DNA of 63,261 bases, counting the filler, from Rhabdomonas costata (Eukaryota): NCBI GenBank assembly GCA_019059605.1. It is 34 parts of 34 records of this genome, joined end to end, with 100 filler letters (N's around TTAATTAATTAA, not from the genome) between each part and the next. Parts side by side here need not be neighbours in the genome. Positions count along the whole stretch, not along the records: positions 20,508 to 22,271 come from JAHMHO010009395.1; positions 22,372 to 24,135 come from JAHMHO010009396.1; positions 24,236 to 25,996 come from JAHMHO010009397.1; positions 26,097 to 27,860 come from JAHMHO010009398.1; positions 27,961 to 29,723 come from JAHMHO010009399.1; positions 29,824 to 31,587 come from JAHMHO010009400.1; positions 31,688 to 33,450 come from JAHMHO010009401.1; positions 33,551 to 35,314 come from JAHMHO010009402.1; 26 more parts are not named here. One strand, written 5' to 3'. Under the pieces are notes generated by a model. It saw only the letters and a list, made by a program, of their open reading frames with translations, was not told the origin of the DNA and did not search any database. Shown one piece after another: positions 21,658-35,487 of the stretch. Positions within the stretch are counted from its first letter, which is position 1; each line of letters begins with the position of its first letter. The translations under genes were made by a program, and so were the position numbers.

Positions 21658-24600
21658 CTGGGCCATACACACACACAGAGCTGGGTGTGAAGGGAGAACA
21701 CTGATACGGATACTGTCAAGCACCGAGGTCGGCTCAAATCCATATCATGGTCTAAAACGCTGATCTCGATTTGGCATTAGCATGAAGGCTCTGGCCCTTG
21801 CTGCCCCATGGGGGCCAGCAGGTTGAGCACCTAAGTTACCTGGAGATGACGGAGTCTCCAGCAGTCGCGGGACTTAAGACTTGAGATGATAACTGAGAAA
21901 GGTCTATCTCTCAAACACGGGGCAGTCGCCCCTTTCCAGGGCTCCTTTTCGCCTCTTTTGCATTTGAACACCATGCCCCTCGTTTGGGTGTTGTTTCCTC
22001 ACCTACTAAAGGGGCCGGCACTCGGGCTGCTGTGGGGTGATCCCCCCAAGACCCCCTCGCTGCCGTTTGGGAGTTCTTCTAGCGTGGAGGCGTGGAGCGG
22101 TCGTTACTCAAAGAATCTTATCGTGGTCATCGTGGTCGATGGTGGGCGTGCACAAACATTGCGTATTGCTCCCTGTCCAAGAATTACATCAGCGCCGACA
22201 GGCTGATGTCCATATTTTGGACAGGGAGCAATACGCAATGTTTGTGCACGCCCACCATCGACCACAACAACNNNNNNNNNNNNNNNNNNNNNNNNNNNNN
22301 NNNNNNNNNNNNNNNTTAATTAATTAANNNNNNNNNNNNNNNNNNNNNNNNNNNNNNNNNNNNNNNNNNNNTTTGTTGTGGCAAAGGGACGGCGTCATTG
22401 CATCTTCGGGGCTTCACAGTTCAGTGAGTGAAGTGGCTAAAGGGTCAGTGGAGTCTTTTCCCTCCTGATTGTGGTGTTGAACTCATTGTATCATGCTCTT
22501 AGCCTCTTCACCCTTCTTTTTCTCGGTTGTTTCTTCATTTGCGTGTTGCCCAGCGGACGGACTCCCCCCACGCAGAGTGGATTTCAGAATCGCAGAATGG
22601 GGAGCTGTTTCGCGCCCCTACGCCCCAACGGAAGCCCGACTGAGACTCACATTGGCTAAAACGGGTCTTCAGTCATAAAGTCAAAGTCAACCTGCTTCGG
22701 CTATTTTGGTATTTTGGTAAAGAAACCCAGAACCACCATAGAAAGGATAGAAACTTCAAATTTTAAAATTGTGGCTAAAATTCTGCACCAAATTGCGGTA
22801 TTTTTGAATGTAAAACATACGGCATTGAAGGGTCGCAAAGTAGGATATGCTACATTTCGTCAGTAAAGCAGTTGGTGAAGCTTCATATTCAATAAACACC
22901 ACCACGAAAACACAGAAAACATAATCAGTGATATGTGTGATATTTTATCGATAAATTCGGTTTGTCTTTGCTCATGAATGGGGTGCCTTTCTGCTGGATA
23001 TCTGGAGTGGAGATATCTGGAGCAGGGGTGGGAGGGGTATTTCCGCGGACTTCCAGAGCTACGCATTTTACGCATTTCCAACACGAACCAAAACCAGAAA
23101 TAGTGAATGTATGTGTGTTTGTTACATTGTGTCTAAATTGACCCCTATTCCTGCTGTTTGCTCCCTTCAGCAATTTCCAAGGGATTCAAGCAGGATGACA
23201 CTTTTGTTTTGCTGTCATGGTTTTTCGAAATGGTGCATGTTTCCATTCAAGTCAAAAATAGAGCTGCGAGAGACTCGTCTTCGAAGGTGGTTTGCAAAGT
23301 GAATGGGGGAAGCGCCACTGGCTGCACTTTTACTTTGCTCCCCTTTTCTCTTGCTCTGAAGGAAATGCAATACTTGCTGTGTTTGGTCAAAATGTTGCCT
23401 GTTGCATGGTCTCGATCGTGAGACTATTCTAAAATGCCACTGACAGGGCTGTATGTTTGCGCTCGTGGTGTGGACCCGGGAGCGCATTGGGATCCCAATG
23501 AGCTAGCCACAGGTGCGTCATTCAGGATATCTTGGTGGGGTTGAATGACCTTTTTTGAGCTTTCTTTTTTCCATACTGCTTATGCGGTTAAACTGCAGTT
23601 CGAGCACACTTCTCGCTATCTGAAACGACTGGTGCTACTTTAAGTAATGAACGAGAATGAAGACAGTGACACTTATGCACCCACTCACCAAAACAAGAGA
23701 ATGAAGACAGTGACACTCTTTTGCTTCTACTGTTGTTAGCGCTCTATCCCTTGCTTTCCACCGAAAACGCATATTTTCGGTCTCATCACCATTCCCCTCG
23801 CCAACCCTTCGGTCCCACGGCGTACGACCAAGGGCAAAGGATTGTTCTCCTGTTTGTCGGTTTCTCATCTCAGAATTTTTCCAACTTCACCGACGTGACT
23901 GTTTTTTCTTGCAGGGCATGAAGTGCAGCGACGTGCACAGAATCGATCCAACTTCTTTACATCCTCCGGCTTCCAGCTCCGTCGAGCAACTGCCTTGAAG
24001 AAGCATGAGGAGTTTGGTTTGGTTCCGCATCTTCGTGAGACACCTTTCTGGCATGCTTGCGTGACGGGTGTGGGTTTTTAAAATCAAAGACGATGGCAGG
24101 CTGTGCGAATTTGATTTTAAAAACCCACACCCACCNNNNNNNNNNNNNNNNNNNNNNNNNNNNNNNNNNNNNNNNNNNNTTAATTAATTAANNNNNNNNN
24201 NNNNNNNNNNNNNNNNNNNNNNNNNNNNNNNNNNNGGGGGTTTGTACGCCCTGGTGTTCAGGCAATGTAGGAACGTGGGTGGGCTGTATCTTTTTGTGAA
24301 CGGAAGGTGGGTGCAGTTGTGCCTTTCTCGTGCTGTCGAATGCGCGCGCGCGTGCGTACACCAAACACGCTACCTCCTCTGCATCTGGGGGCGATTCTTT
24401 TTTTTGGGGAGGGGTGTGTGTGTGAAACATCCGTTTTAAGTTTAGCAGCGTTAAACGATCGATTTTTGAATTTAAGAAATCGTTACCTTGGAGGGCTCTG
24501 GAGCAGGATACCTTCCTCACCCTTCCCCCTTTCGCAAAATATTGCTATCCAACGGGTAGCCCTCCCCTCCCCGGTTCATCCGGCCGCGCCGCGGAATGGC

Positions 24601-24697
24601 TTCCGCACGTATAATAATGCTGCCCCAATCGCTCCACAAAGCCCCAAACTGTTGGTATGTTCCGGAGGATCGGGTTTGTGCTGTGCCGTTTCTACAG

Positions 24698-25450
24698 GTG
24701 CAGTGGTTGCTGCGTGTGCTGCGGGGTGCAGTGACGTGTCCCGAGGTGGTGGCGCAGGTGTGCGGGTCCCTGCGGAAGCTTCTGGGGCAGCCCGGCACCC
24801 TGGGGGCACGGGCAGCGCAGCTCAGCGCAGAAGGGTTGGAGGTGCTCGGCGACGCTTTCCGGGGGATGCACGAGGGAACCACCCGCCGTGGGGAGGCTTG
24901 CAAGGGTCGCTTGATAGCATACCAATTTTTATTTGTTTTCCACACCGCTCGTTGTTTTCTTAAAAATCAAACCCTTCGTTTGATCTGGTTTTCATTATTT
25001 TCAGAAATGGGAGATTCATCAATGGATGATATCTTTATTCTTTTTTCTCTATCCGATAGAATGTTGTTGCTCAACAGTGTTTAGGGCGGGTTTGCCAGCA
25101 TGACTCATTCCCATTCCCTTGTAAACCGCAAAAATCCGAAGTCCCCTCCCCATTCCGCAGGGGAAACCAGCTGGGCTACTTCCACGGGAGCCTATCCAAG
25201 GTGCCCTCACATTTTCACAGATGAGATGGTGGTTTCGGAGCACGCCCGAGCCCGCGCCGCGGTGGTGGAGGTGCTGGAACTACTACTCCGGCGGGAGCAC
25301 GTGCGTGCACAGGTTCTGGCCTCCCACGAGCAGTCCGGCAGTGTGGGGAGCCTGCTGCTGGCCCTCGCCGCGGAGCCTCAGCCACTCAGGGCCTTCGCTC
25401 TGGGCCACATTGCAGCTCTTCTGACCACGCCCCCTCCGGCCCCTATGGGG
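24698..25450 (+). CDS. ARM/HEAT-like helical repeat protein, two exons (24698-24887, 25221-~25450)
   Basis: Phase-1 GT-AG intron; Leu/Ala-rich amphipathic helices (AQVCGSLRKLL; AAVVEVLELLL; AFALGHIAALL); GC-rich codons. Confidence 0.6.
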
Positions 25451-28358
25451 CTACGCACCTTTGTCGGTGTGTGTTGTTGGAATCGGAATCGGGGTTTTTG
25501 GCTCATATGAGCCCTAAAGGTTGCCATGGAGGGCAGCTGGGCACCCCCCCTCCTCCCACACACAGCACGCACCAGGTGCTTCAGGCAGGTGAGCTGGTTG
25601 CCCCAACCATTACAGGCGCAGTGCAGCCCTCCAGCTCTTCAGGCAGGTGGCAAAAAAGATGAACGCGGCCATGCAAGTGGGCTGAATTATCAGAACGACA
25701 GCAGCAAAGATCACAGCTCGCCCACAGCGTCCAAAGGGGCACAGTGCACAAAGCGACATTCCGGCAGATGAGAAGAGGCACACAAAAAATAGAACCAGAA
25801 CACGACCAGCCAGTCAGCATCCCCAGTCGTGACCCCAAGAGCTTCGTGACCCCAAGAGCTTACCTACCAGTTCTGTGTTTCCTTGCCATCTTTAAATCGC
25901 ACAAACGTACACCGCGAACAGACAACCACAGCTGTTCCGAAGTCAAACCTATGCTTGCCTCAGGTCGTCTGTTTGAGCTGCTATCCACCACCCACANNNN
26001 NNNNNNNNNNNNNNNNNNNNNNNNNNNNNNNNNNNNNNNNTTAATTAATTAANNNNNNNNNNNNNNNNNNNNNNNNNNNNNNNNNNNNNNNNNNNNTGTT
26101 TGTGGTGTCCTAGCCCGTGCATTGCCTCCTCCCCTCCTTCCAGGCCCCCGGTCAACATCCAACTCGTACACCGCCTTTGATCCAACTACTGGAATCCTGC
26201 GTGGGGAAAACCTCAAAATGCCGGAAATGCACACGTTTGCGCAGTGATAGTGTGAAATGTAAGGCCACCAATGCTGCGCTGTCCGCTCAGCACCTTACAC
26301 TCTCAAATCCATGCAGCAGAAACTTGCCTGAAATTCACGCTTTACCATGGGCTTCTGCCAAATGCTCAAGCCAACGAGCCAACGTGCCGCAACAAAGCGA
26401 AAGAGCCCAACAGAAGATTACCAGGGTCTCAAAGAATCGCCGGAGGTAGACGTGAGAGTTGGCAGGTGGGTTGTTGGTGTGGATGTTGTGGTACTCCAGC
26501 GCTTCGGGATCTGCCACGGCGAGATGCATGCAACGCAGAAAAGCACAGCGAGAGAGTGTGCGACAACGAGGGTGCCAAAATACATATGGGCAATATGTGA
26601 TATACATATGGGCAAGCAAAACTTAGCAAAGCCCGACCTGGCCGAGTTAAGAAAGTTAAGAAAAAGGAGGGCAAAGAAAACAAAAATAAACAGAAGAGAC
26701 GCATCTACCCTGCACTGCACAGTAGCTGAGGAAGATGTCCAGCGCCTGGGGAAACTTCTGCAGCGTCCTTGAGAAAGAAAGAGAAGAAAGAGGAGCTGCC
26801 TAAACTCTAAATGGGTGTCCAAGGTTCAGTGTTTCACTCCCACTGTTACCCCCCCCCCCATGGACTTGCCGTCTTGTTTTGTTACTGATGATTGGGATCG
26901 TATGCGATGCGCCCCTCCGTACTTGGTGGGACATGTGAAGTCACCAGCCGAAAGATACATTAACAGAAACTTGTAACGATGGTATGACAGCTGCAGCAGT
27001 TAGTGAGTGAGCGATGGATGATGGATTGGGTGAGTTGGTAGCCACGCCCCCAAACTTCCGGGAAGTCTCAAAGAAAAGGACTTCCAGTGGAATGTTTTTC
27101 TGTGGGGGAGGTGGGGTCAAAAGTATGCGAGTCACAAAGGGTTTCCTGGGGCCTCGGAATGGAAGACTACAGCAGACTACTTCAGTACGAAGCCTGCGAG
27201 GGCAAGGGCAGTCTTTCCATAAGTCGTAATATATCAGGATGCAGATGCCCTCCAAACCGGTGGCTTGGTATTCTGCCCAGAGCACCAGCGACCATAGGGC
27301 ATTCAAATACGTGGGATTACCACAAGAGCGATCGTGCATGAATCCATCCCCCCCCTGCTCTCCACCAAACCTGCGAAAATGGTTGGGGTCCACCTTTCTC
27401 TTGATGTTAATGAGGACCAGGTGGACTGTGCAATCGCAAACAGTGCAAGGAACTAGATTCCATTTCACTCACGGCGCAGTACATGACAGCTGCTCCTTAT
27501 GCATCAGTTTTTGATCATACCATCATCACCGTACTTCGCTTGATTTCGGCCGAATTTCTTGCGGTTGCTGAGCAAAGCAAAATTCTCCCTTTCCCCAAGG
27601 GGTCCGATGCATTCTTTGGAGGGGAGGGGTGCTAAACGGTCACGACGGTTAAAACGTTTAACAACGTCAAACCGTTTAACCCCCCCCCCAAAAAAACACG
27701 AATCCAGTCTACCAAAAAAAAGCGGTAGTGGGGGCTTGTGCCAAAGAATCATTCCGAATGAAGTTTGTCAGCTGTTTAAATGCATCACGGTTGTAACAGT
27801 ACCCCTACATCACAAGATGACATTTTAGCGCTCCAGCAAAAACCATTCACACCCAACACANNNNNNNNNNNNNNNNNNNNNNNNNNNNNNNNNNNNNNNN
27901 NNNNTTAATTAATTAANNNNNNNNNNNNNNNNNNNNNNNNNNNNNNNNNNNNNNNNNNNNGGGTTGTTGTGGATTAAAAGGGATAACCGGTCATCATCAT
28001 CAGAACGCCGGTGCCCAGGAAAGCGAGTTTTACAAACGCAAGGTTTACGCCTACATTGTCGCCATGACTGCGCCCTACATCCCCCACGGCGGGCTGAACT
28101 CTGTCCGCTGCAAGTAACCCAGAAGAAGGGCAAAAAACAGGTATAGCATGGAGCCCTGTAATCTGTGCTGGGCACCAAAACCAATTTGCGTTTTAGGCCC
28201 TCCTCACCCATCCCCACAACCAACGACTTAGGCACCAAAAGAAAGCAAAGACCAAAAAAACGTAAGTGACACAAATCGATCACGCCACTGCCACCCATCA
28301 TCGTCAAGGCCGCGAACAAGGCTTGTTGTGCGCCACCGGCACGGCACACAGTGCACAC

Positions 28359-29042
28359 CAAGCTGTGATAAGGTCCCTCGTCCACGCCCAGGCCCCCATC
28401 CTCGGCATCTGCGGGGCCGTGGACAAGGCGCCGGTTTCGGGGGGCTGACACTGCGGCTGCTGCGGCGGGGCTTTCACTGCAAATAAACACCCACCGCACT
28501 CGCTCAACCGCAACCCGCAGTTAAGCGGCTCCATCGCTCCTTTCTTCTTCCAGCGCTTGGCCGGGTCGAACATCGGCTCTCGGAACATAAAATTTATCCA
28601 TTCCAATACAACTTAACAGAAAAGCAACCCGACTAAAAGTTTTTCCTTGTGCAAGTGGTTCCAGGGGCAAGAGGTCACTCAAATTGGTGATTCAAATGCA
28701 GCCCAAGTTTTCAGAACCCAGTTCTACTGGGCACCACCACTCATTGACGTTGCCAGCAACAATTTTGAAGCGAGACGGAACGCATCCAATTCCAGAGAAT
28801 GCGTGTCTCTCCCCCCATGCCGAACGACATAAAAATACTTCGAAATTGTTCGAGAACTTCGAAAAGTTTGAGAAACGAGTGGGTTCACTGCCATCCCCTC
28901 CCAAAGTTCTGTACCGGCCGCGATGTACAGTGTCCCAAGGGCTCCATTGTGTCCCGAGGCCGTTTGTCCACTGAGGGAGGCCTGTGAGGTGCTCCATGGC
29001 GGCCGGGTTGAACGTGCTGCGATTGTGGGCTGAGGATGGTCG
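28359..29042 (-). CDS. Uncharacterised protein, two exons (29042-28915, 28476-28359)
   Basis: Phase-2 GT-AG join ...QWSPWDTVHRGR|ESPAAAAAVS...; no recognisable family. Confidence 0.45.
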
Positions 29043-30221
29043 CTGAACCACAGGCATGCAGGCAATAATAGGTAATAACGACAAACAGAAAGCTATCAAC
29101 ATCAAAACACCAAACCCGAGGTCTGTCTGGTTGGAGGAAAATGAGGACAAATATTCTCGCCGAATTCGGGAGAAGGGAAACGTGGCTGTGTAATGTTCGG
29201 GTCTTGCCAAAGAATGGCTTCGAATCTCAACCGGCTTTGAAATAGCCGCTGACTCTTCTGCCCGTCAGCAATGTAAAAGGAAATGGAGGGGAGGTGCGCG
29301 GAGACGCGGACCTCTCTTCTTCGAACCCGAATTCCTGCGGTGCCCGTCATTGCCCCACCCTGAGCGTGATCATCTGAGAGCATTGGCATAAAATGCACCA
29401 TACGAAAATTAATGCGAACTAAACCAAACCAAAACCAATAATTCACTCTCGAATGAATCGCTAGGGTCTCAGCAAAAACAAGCAAAAACAGCCCTTGGCG
29501 AGGCCGAAATACTGAGAACAACAGAAAGCGGCCTCATCAAAAGTAGTACAGTTCTTATCGACATAAATGCACATGAAACCCAGCCGTTACTCACATAGGT
29601 GCTTCGTTTTTAAACTTCGGAAATGGGGGCCCTGAATCTGTCAACTGGTCAGTAAAAGAGAAGAGACAATGCTTATAGTTGTGTGTATATGTTGGCGTTT
29701 AACGTGTGGAGAGGGGGGGAGCCNNNNNNNNNNNNNNNNNNNNNNNNNNNNNNNNNNNNNNNNNNNNTTAATTAATTAANNNNNNNNNNNNNNNNNNNNN
29801 NNNNNNNNNNNNNNNNNNNNNNNTATTCGTGGGTTGGGCGGGGAGGGTGGTGGGTGGGGACCTGAGGGTAGAGATCGTCTCTGCGACGTTGCGGTCCGCA
29901 GGGCCGATGTTGGCCACCATAACTGAGCAACAGAAGAAAGGCTTTGGGGATTAACAGAGATGTTCACATCAATTAATGCCTTCAGAATGCACAGAACGGC
30001 CCGACTTCCGACTATGGGCCTGGCAATTCTGGCAAGATTCCTTCGCATACGTAGATCGGCACACCCTGCCAATTGTCGTGATGGTCCATACTTTGTGACC
30101 TTTGAAATCACAGTTTCATAGTAGGTTCCAAACGGGTCAACTGATGAGGCTAAACCGCTAGACCGCTAAACCTGAATCGAACCGAAAACACCACATAAAA
30201 ATACAGACTGATAAATAAATA

Positions 30222-30301
30222 AACCATATGTATGGAATCTCGTCGCTCATTCGCCATGGTTAACCATATGTATGGAATCTCGTCGCTCATTCGTCATGGT
30301 T
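30222..30301 (+). repeat. 40-bp tandem duplication (intronic)
   Basis: AACCATATGTATGGAATCTCGTCGCTCATTCG(C/T)CATGGTT x2. Confidence 0.92.
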
Positions 30302-30350
30302 TTGCCTACGCGGTTGACGACGACACCAAAGCCGTCAAAAGGGAGGATGC

Positions 30351-30807
30351 CTGTCTTGGAGTTCCCCCCCAGGGAATCCTTCAGCAGCATGGTGAGCGGG
30401 TTGCTGCGGTACGGAATGTGTTCCTTTCCTGTGACGATACTGTCAATGACAGTGCCCAGGGCAGACAGGGAGAGGTTGATATTGCAGCCCTCCTTCAGCG
30501 CATCTCCCTGAACATACACAATAGCGGGACGGCCTACGGTGCCGCTGGGACCTGACGAGACAGACGGCCGATCGGGCGAATGCGCCAACCTCTTCTGCCA
30601 GCGGGGAAGTTCAGCCGAAGGCAAAACCTGAAGTGGCTCTTTTCGAAAAAACCGAAATGCCTGGCTGCTCGGCTTCTTCGTTTCCATTGCATGTTGGCAC
30701 GTTGGAGTGGAGGATAGAAGGAAGAAACGGGGGCATACGACTGCGCCAGTCTTCGACTGTCGCTCCGAGCCAGCAAGGTCGACCAGGTTAAGCTTGGAGA
30801 CCATGTG
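30351..30807 (-). CDS. Kinesin motor domain (kinesin-2/OSM3-like), exons 30807-30739 and 30507-30351
   Basis: [42 protein letters not shown]...[23 protein letters not shown]: switch II and HIPYR motifs. Confidence 0.95.
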
Positions 30808-32388
30808 CTGGGAAAAAGAGTTTAAACCAGGTGAAATAGTATTTACCCTTTTTGTCCCAACAACAACATGAACAACTAGCTATCATGAACAACAGCATTT
30901 TATCTCTTTCTGAATGACTATTTGATCACAGCAGCCATGCAGGGTCGCAGTGAGGCGAGAAAAAAAAGAATGAGAAAAGGTAGAGAAAAAGCGACTGGGG
31001 AGAGTTACGCGACCATGTTTTGAAAAGGGCAAAGCATAAGCAGGCCTAAGGTCTTTTATATACACAAGGCCTCCCGAAACGCTGCAGGACCTGTCCTTGG
31101 GGTCGTGAACTTTCACTCTCGGTGCCCCTTGCGGGGGGGACCAGCCCTACACGATGATGTCAAGGGTCATGGAGAGAAAGGGAAAGATGGAGCGCTCGCA
31201 CGCTCGAAAAGAAAAGCTGCCCCTAACCTAAGTGCCCTAAAGCACTGTTGTCAGACGTGGGGTGCCGACTAACCAGAAAACACACCAGGTCAAGACCCTC
31301 CGCCTGCCCCACGTGTCCCAGGCTTACGTTCAAAAACGCGCGAAAGAAACTCTGTGTATTCCCTCACCCAACAATGGGGCGAAAAACCCTCGTAGGGGCA
31401 TAATGCATTTGACACGCCAACTCCACTCCCACCACAGAATGCGAGGAAGAAGTGCATAGAACTGCCTCCTGGGGCGGAACACGCACAACTCACCCCTGGG
31501 CACCACTCAGGCGCCACGAGAACCGTCACACCTCAACCCAGAGCCGAGGACGCCAAGCCCTGGCATGCAACTCACCCAAACCAAACCNNNNNNNNNNNNN
31601 NNNNNNNNNNNNNNNNNNNNNNNNNNNNNNNTTAATTAATTAANNNNNNNNNNNNNNNNNNNNNNNNNNNNNNNNNNNNNNNNNNNNGGTTTGGACACTC
31701 CGGCTGAGGGAGCTTCCTGCCGGCCGAGGGTGACGTGCACATCTTCGACCAAGTCGCAGGTTTTGATTTTCTAGACACCACAAAGTTTGCAAGGAGCAGG
31801 GGGGGGGGCGTGCAAAAATATCGCTGTGAACACCGGGATTTCATCCAATTTTGGATGCATGGGTTTTGTGACAAAACGCGAACACTTTGTGACATTGGAA
31901 AGGTTTTTGGGAGAAAAGTACTCCTCCCGGATGTAATCACCCACTTGATAGTTACGTATACAAGGTAGGGTTTACAAGAAACTTTTGGAAATGCTTTGTT
32001 GACCCCAAGGGCCATGTGCAGACAATATGAAGCACTGCAAAAGTCTAAAATGAGGTACTTCAACGGGATTTTATGTCTTTGGGCTCCTTTCCAGTGAAGC
32101 CACGGCTGTTGGAAACGTTGGCAAGCGACGATTATTGACCATTTCCTGGTTGGGTGAACTAAACGTGTCCATGGCGATAGATGGAACGTTCTTGTTGTGG
32201 CGAAAATAGCCTCTTAAGAAAGGGAAGCGTTTGCATTGTTGCCCGGCCTTAGTGTGCGCCACTGTGGCGTGCTGTTTTGTTTTTGCCCTGATTCAGGCTC
32301 ATGTGCCATCAGCACTCACACCAAAAACAATTTACAGTTTTTGTCCCTGCCCGCTTTTCTTTTTAAACCAAAACAGTTCTTTGAGCAG

Positions 32389-33440
32389 AACATTGGGCTG
32401 GCCGAGGTCCCATTGAGCTGCCAAGTGCCTACCGCAGACCACCTCGCAGCACACCGCCTCACAATGTACACCTCGGTGTTCACCGTCAGCAGTTTCTTGA
32501 GAGGCCTGCTGAGTGGGCCCAAGCAGAGGCTCTTCGCGTTCTTCCGGACCCCTGCGGGGACGCTGATTGGGGCCTCGCATGGGAAGTTCTTCTCACACAG
32601 CGACGTGGATTTCAGCCAGAGCAACCCCTTCACCAACCCTGCGCCGATGTCGCAGTTCAAAAGGTGGGCAGTTGCTGTGTCTGTGTTCCCATTATCAGAT
32701 TATTCCCAGCACTTGCATTTTGAATCCATGACATGTGCTCACGGTATTCCATGGTTGTGGTTTGCTTTGTTTTCGGGATTCTAAACGCCCTGGGCAAGGC
32801 TGGAGTCTGTTTAGAGTAGTTGTTGTCTAAACTTGCTGTTCGGTATTCTGGCACACTGGGGTGCCCCCCCACCTAATAAGGACTGGGGATTGATAAAAAG
32901 AGTTACCCTTTCGGGGCAAAACTTGGAAGCCGAAGACTTCCGGATCTTCCGAGTGGAAGAGGTTTATGCCGAAAAAATGATTACACTCAGTAATGTAAGC
33001 CTGGGGTACGGCAGGGACCCCGGTGGGGAGCTATGGTGGAGGGGGTTTGTTGGCCCGGCAAACCATGTGGCTGTGTAACACGGTAGCCGCTTGCTGCCAT
33101 GTCAGTGGATTCACAGGATAACCGGGCGGATGGTTCCCTGTGCCCACCTCCACCTTACGGTTACAGATACACTCCCGTGAACTCCACCGACCCTACCATC
33201 CCTGCTTCGGCAGTGACAGTGACAGTGACAATGACACTGACAAACTTCCCAAGCATAGCCACTGCCGTTGTATCCCTTCCATCACAGGTACACCCCTATG
33301 AACTCCACGGACCCCACCATCATGGCCTCGGCAGTATGGCTGCAGTCCTCCTACTCCTCGTGGGACTCCATCCCCGAGCTGGACGTCGTGCAGGCGTTCA
33401 ACGGGGAGGAGTACTGGATGAACACCGCGGCGATTTCCCA
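32389..33440 (+). CDS. Probable extracellular Cache-like sensor region of a membrane receptor, exons 32389-32663 and 33288-~33440
   Basis: VSSFLRGL...LFAFFRTPAGTLIGASHG...R|YTPMNSTDPTIMASAVWL...FNGEEYW resembles dCache regions of protist receptor cyclases; phase-2 GT-AG intron. Confidence 0.55.
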
Positions 33441-33874
33441 CACACCCCACNNNNNNNNNNNNNNNNNNNNNNNNNNNNNNNNNNNNNNNNNNNNTTAATT
33501 AATTAANNNNNNNNNNNNNNNNNNNNNNNNNNNNNNNNNNNNNNNNNNNNAGAGGCTAGATAGGCGCACCTGGTAGAACCCCCGGAACAGCGATAAGAGA
33601 AATACAGTAACTCGCAAAACTGTTTTACGGTGAAGGGCACAGGATGCACCACGCACAGACCCGACCTTTTAAGAGTTAAAGGGCTCTTGCAGATTGGTAC
33701 ACACACAGCCCGGGGATAGGCTGGAGAAGAGCATACTCAAGAAAAGGAAGGCAGGAAAATTAACTCACATCAATTCCTCATAAAGAAAGTCGGGATTCAG
33801 CGTAACGCATAAAATACGGGAAAACAATGGAACAGCGGACCAGGCATGGGGGTTGGGTGGGCAAGACAGCCAAC

Positions 33875-34597
33875 CTGGCCTCGGGGCCGAAGAGGTCTTG
33901 AAGAACCGCCAAATGGGTATCGTGCCTGCAGATAAAAGGGCAAACCTTGGAACAAAGACAACACAAACACAGTGAAATTGGAAAAGTCAAATGGAGCGTG
34001 CAACGAGCACTAGTGAAAAAATGGGAAAACGGGAGGACGTCTGAAGCGAAACTATCCTGCCCACCACAAAAGCATTCAGTTTCCGTTCCTTGCCCCCACA
34101 CACAGGAAGAAGAATTAAAAAGAATGCGAAGAAACCTTCAGGAGGCGATAGGGCTGCCTAGGGCACCAGTGATATTGTCTTATGGTCCACCGCAACCGTC
34201 CACCGCATAATGCAATGTAGTGATGGGAAAGGTTGTGTGGTGGTGCCCTGCGGCTAACAACAGGACTATGGGGATCTCCATGTGAGCACATAGGGAGCGC
34301 GCGTGGTTCTCTAGGGACTTATTTCGTTCATCCATCTTTTAGGTCCCTGCTTTCTTCCTTTCTTCCTTTCAACCCCCTCTCTCCCCCCAAGCCTAAAAGC
34401 TCCCCGCAACGGCCACCAATCCGAGTTGGCTAACCCTTCCATAACTCATATAAAGACTTATACTACCACCAAAATAGGGAAAGCAAAGCAGTTCTAAACC
34501 GCGCACGGGGTCAGCAGGTCCATCACGCGGTCGTTGTAGATCTCATAGAAGGAGGCAAAGATGGAGTACTTCGGGCCATCGGGCGCGGACAGCACCT
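33875..34597 (-). CDS. Second kinesin motor domain fragment, exons 34597-34507 and 33925-33875
   Basis: KYSIFASFYEIYNDRVMDLLTP|HDTHLAVLQD: S(F/Y)xEIYNxxxxDLL motif. Confidence 0.88.
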
Positions 34598-35487
34598 CTA
34601 CGAAGGGGCACGTTTGCGAAGCAAAAAACAGGTGAGTGGAAAATGGGTAAGTGATACGGGTACAACAAAAACGTGCAGAAGTAGCAGAATGGTAGTCATA
34701 TAAGGCTTGAACCCTTAGAAAATCCTGTGCTACACCTTCAGCGAAGAGTCGTAATACGTTCAGAGCAAGCCAGCCTGAGTTGGGTGAGTTGAGTGGGGTT
34801 AGGGTGAGAGTTGGGGTTAGGGTTGGTTTAGGATCCCACAGAGTCGTGATTGGGAACAACACAGAGGCAGTTCCAGAGAAATATAAGGCAATAGTAAGCA
34901 AAAGTAGTGCTGTGTGAATGACCCGTCCCAAATAATTGAATCACTCTGGGGGAGTCAGGGGAAAACAGAACGGGTCCACTGCTCGGGGCAAGCGTTGGCC
35001 ATGGGTTAAGGTTTGTTTCGGCTCAGCACTGCATCCCCCCTAGCTTACTCGCTCACCATAAGTGTGGTCCAAAGCCAGTCAGCGAGTTGTTAATGGAAAA
35101 GGCTTGCCAGAAGCAGATGCTGTTGGCTACTATTACCGTAGCCACCGCATTAAGTGACAGTCCTAGCTGTCACGTTCAGCACCGCTTGATACCCCCCCCC
35201 CGTAGCAACGGCCTGCAGCAGTTTGAGTAATCCATGGGAACTTATAATCGCAAATTTGGTATCTGAGGACAGCGGTTCCAGGTTCGCTTACGGCTGTGTA
35301 CACACCTGTACACANNNNNNNNNNNNNNNNNNNNNNNNNNNNNNNNNNNNNNNNNNNNTTAATTAATTAANNNNNNNNNNNNNNNNNNNNNNNNNNNNNN
35401 NNNNNNNNNNNNNNTTTTTTGTTGAAACCTCGTATGCCACGGCTCACCAAAAGCACGCCGTGGAACATAACTTTCAGCTGCACTTAC

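Noticed and set aside
22132-22265. Long hairpin as miRNA precursor, MITE or hairpin telomere
   Set aside because: Terminal position, primer-like tail and the same pattern with unrelated sequence on many contigs indicate amplification fold-back.
34796-34832. TTAGGG-like repeats as a telomere (also ~4410-4426)
   Set aside because: Only two or three degenerate units inside introns.
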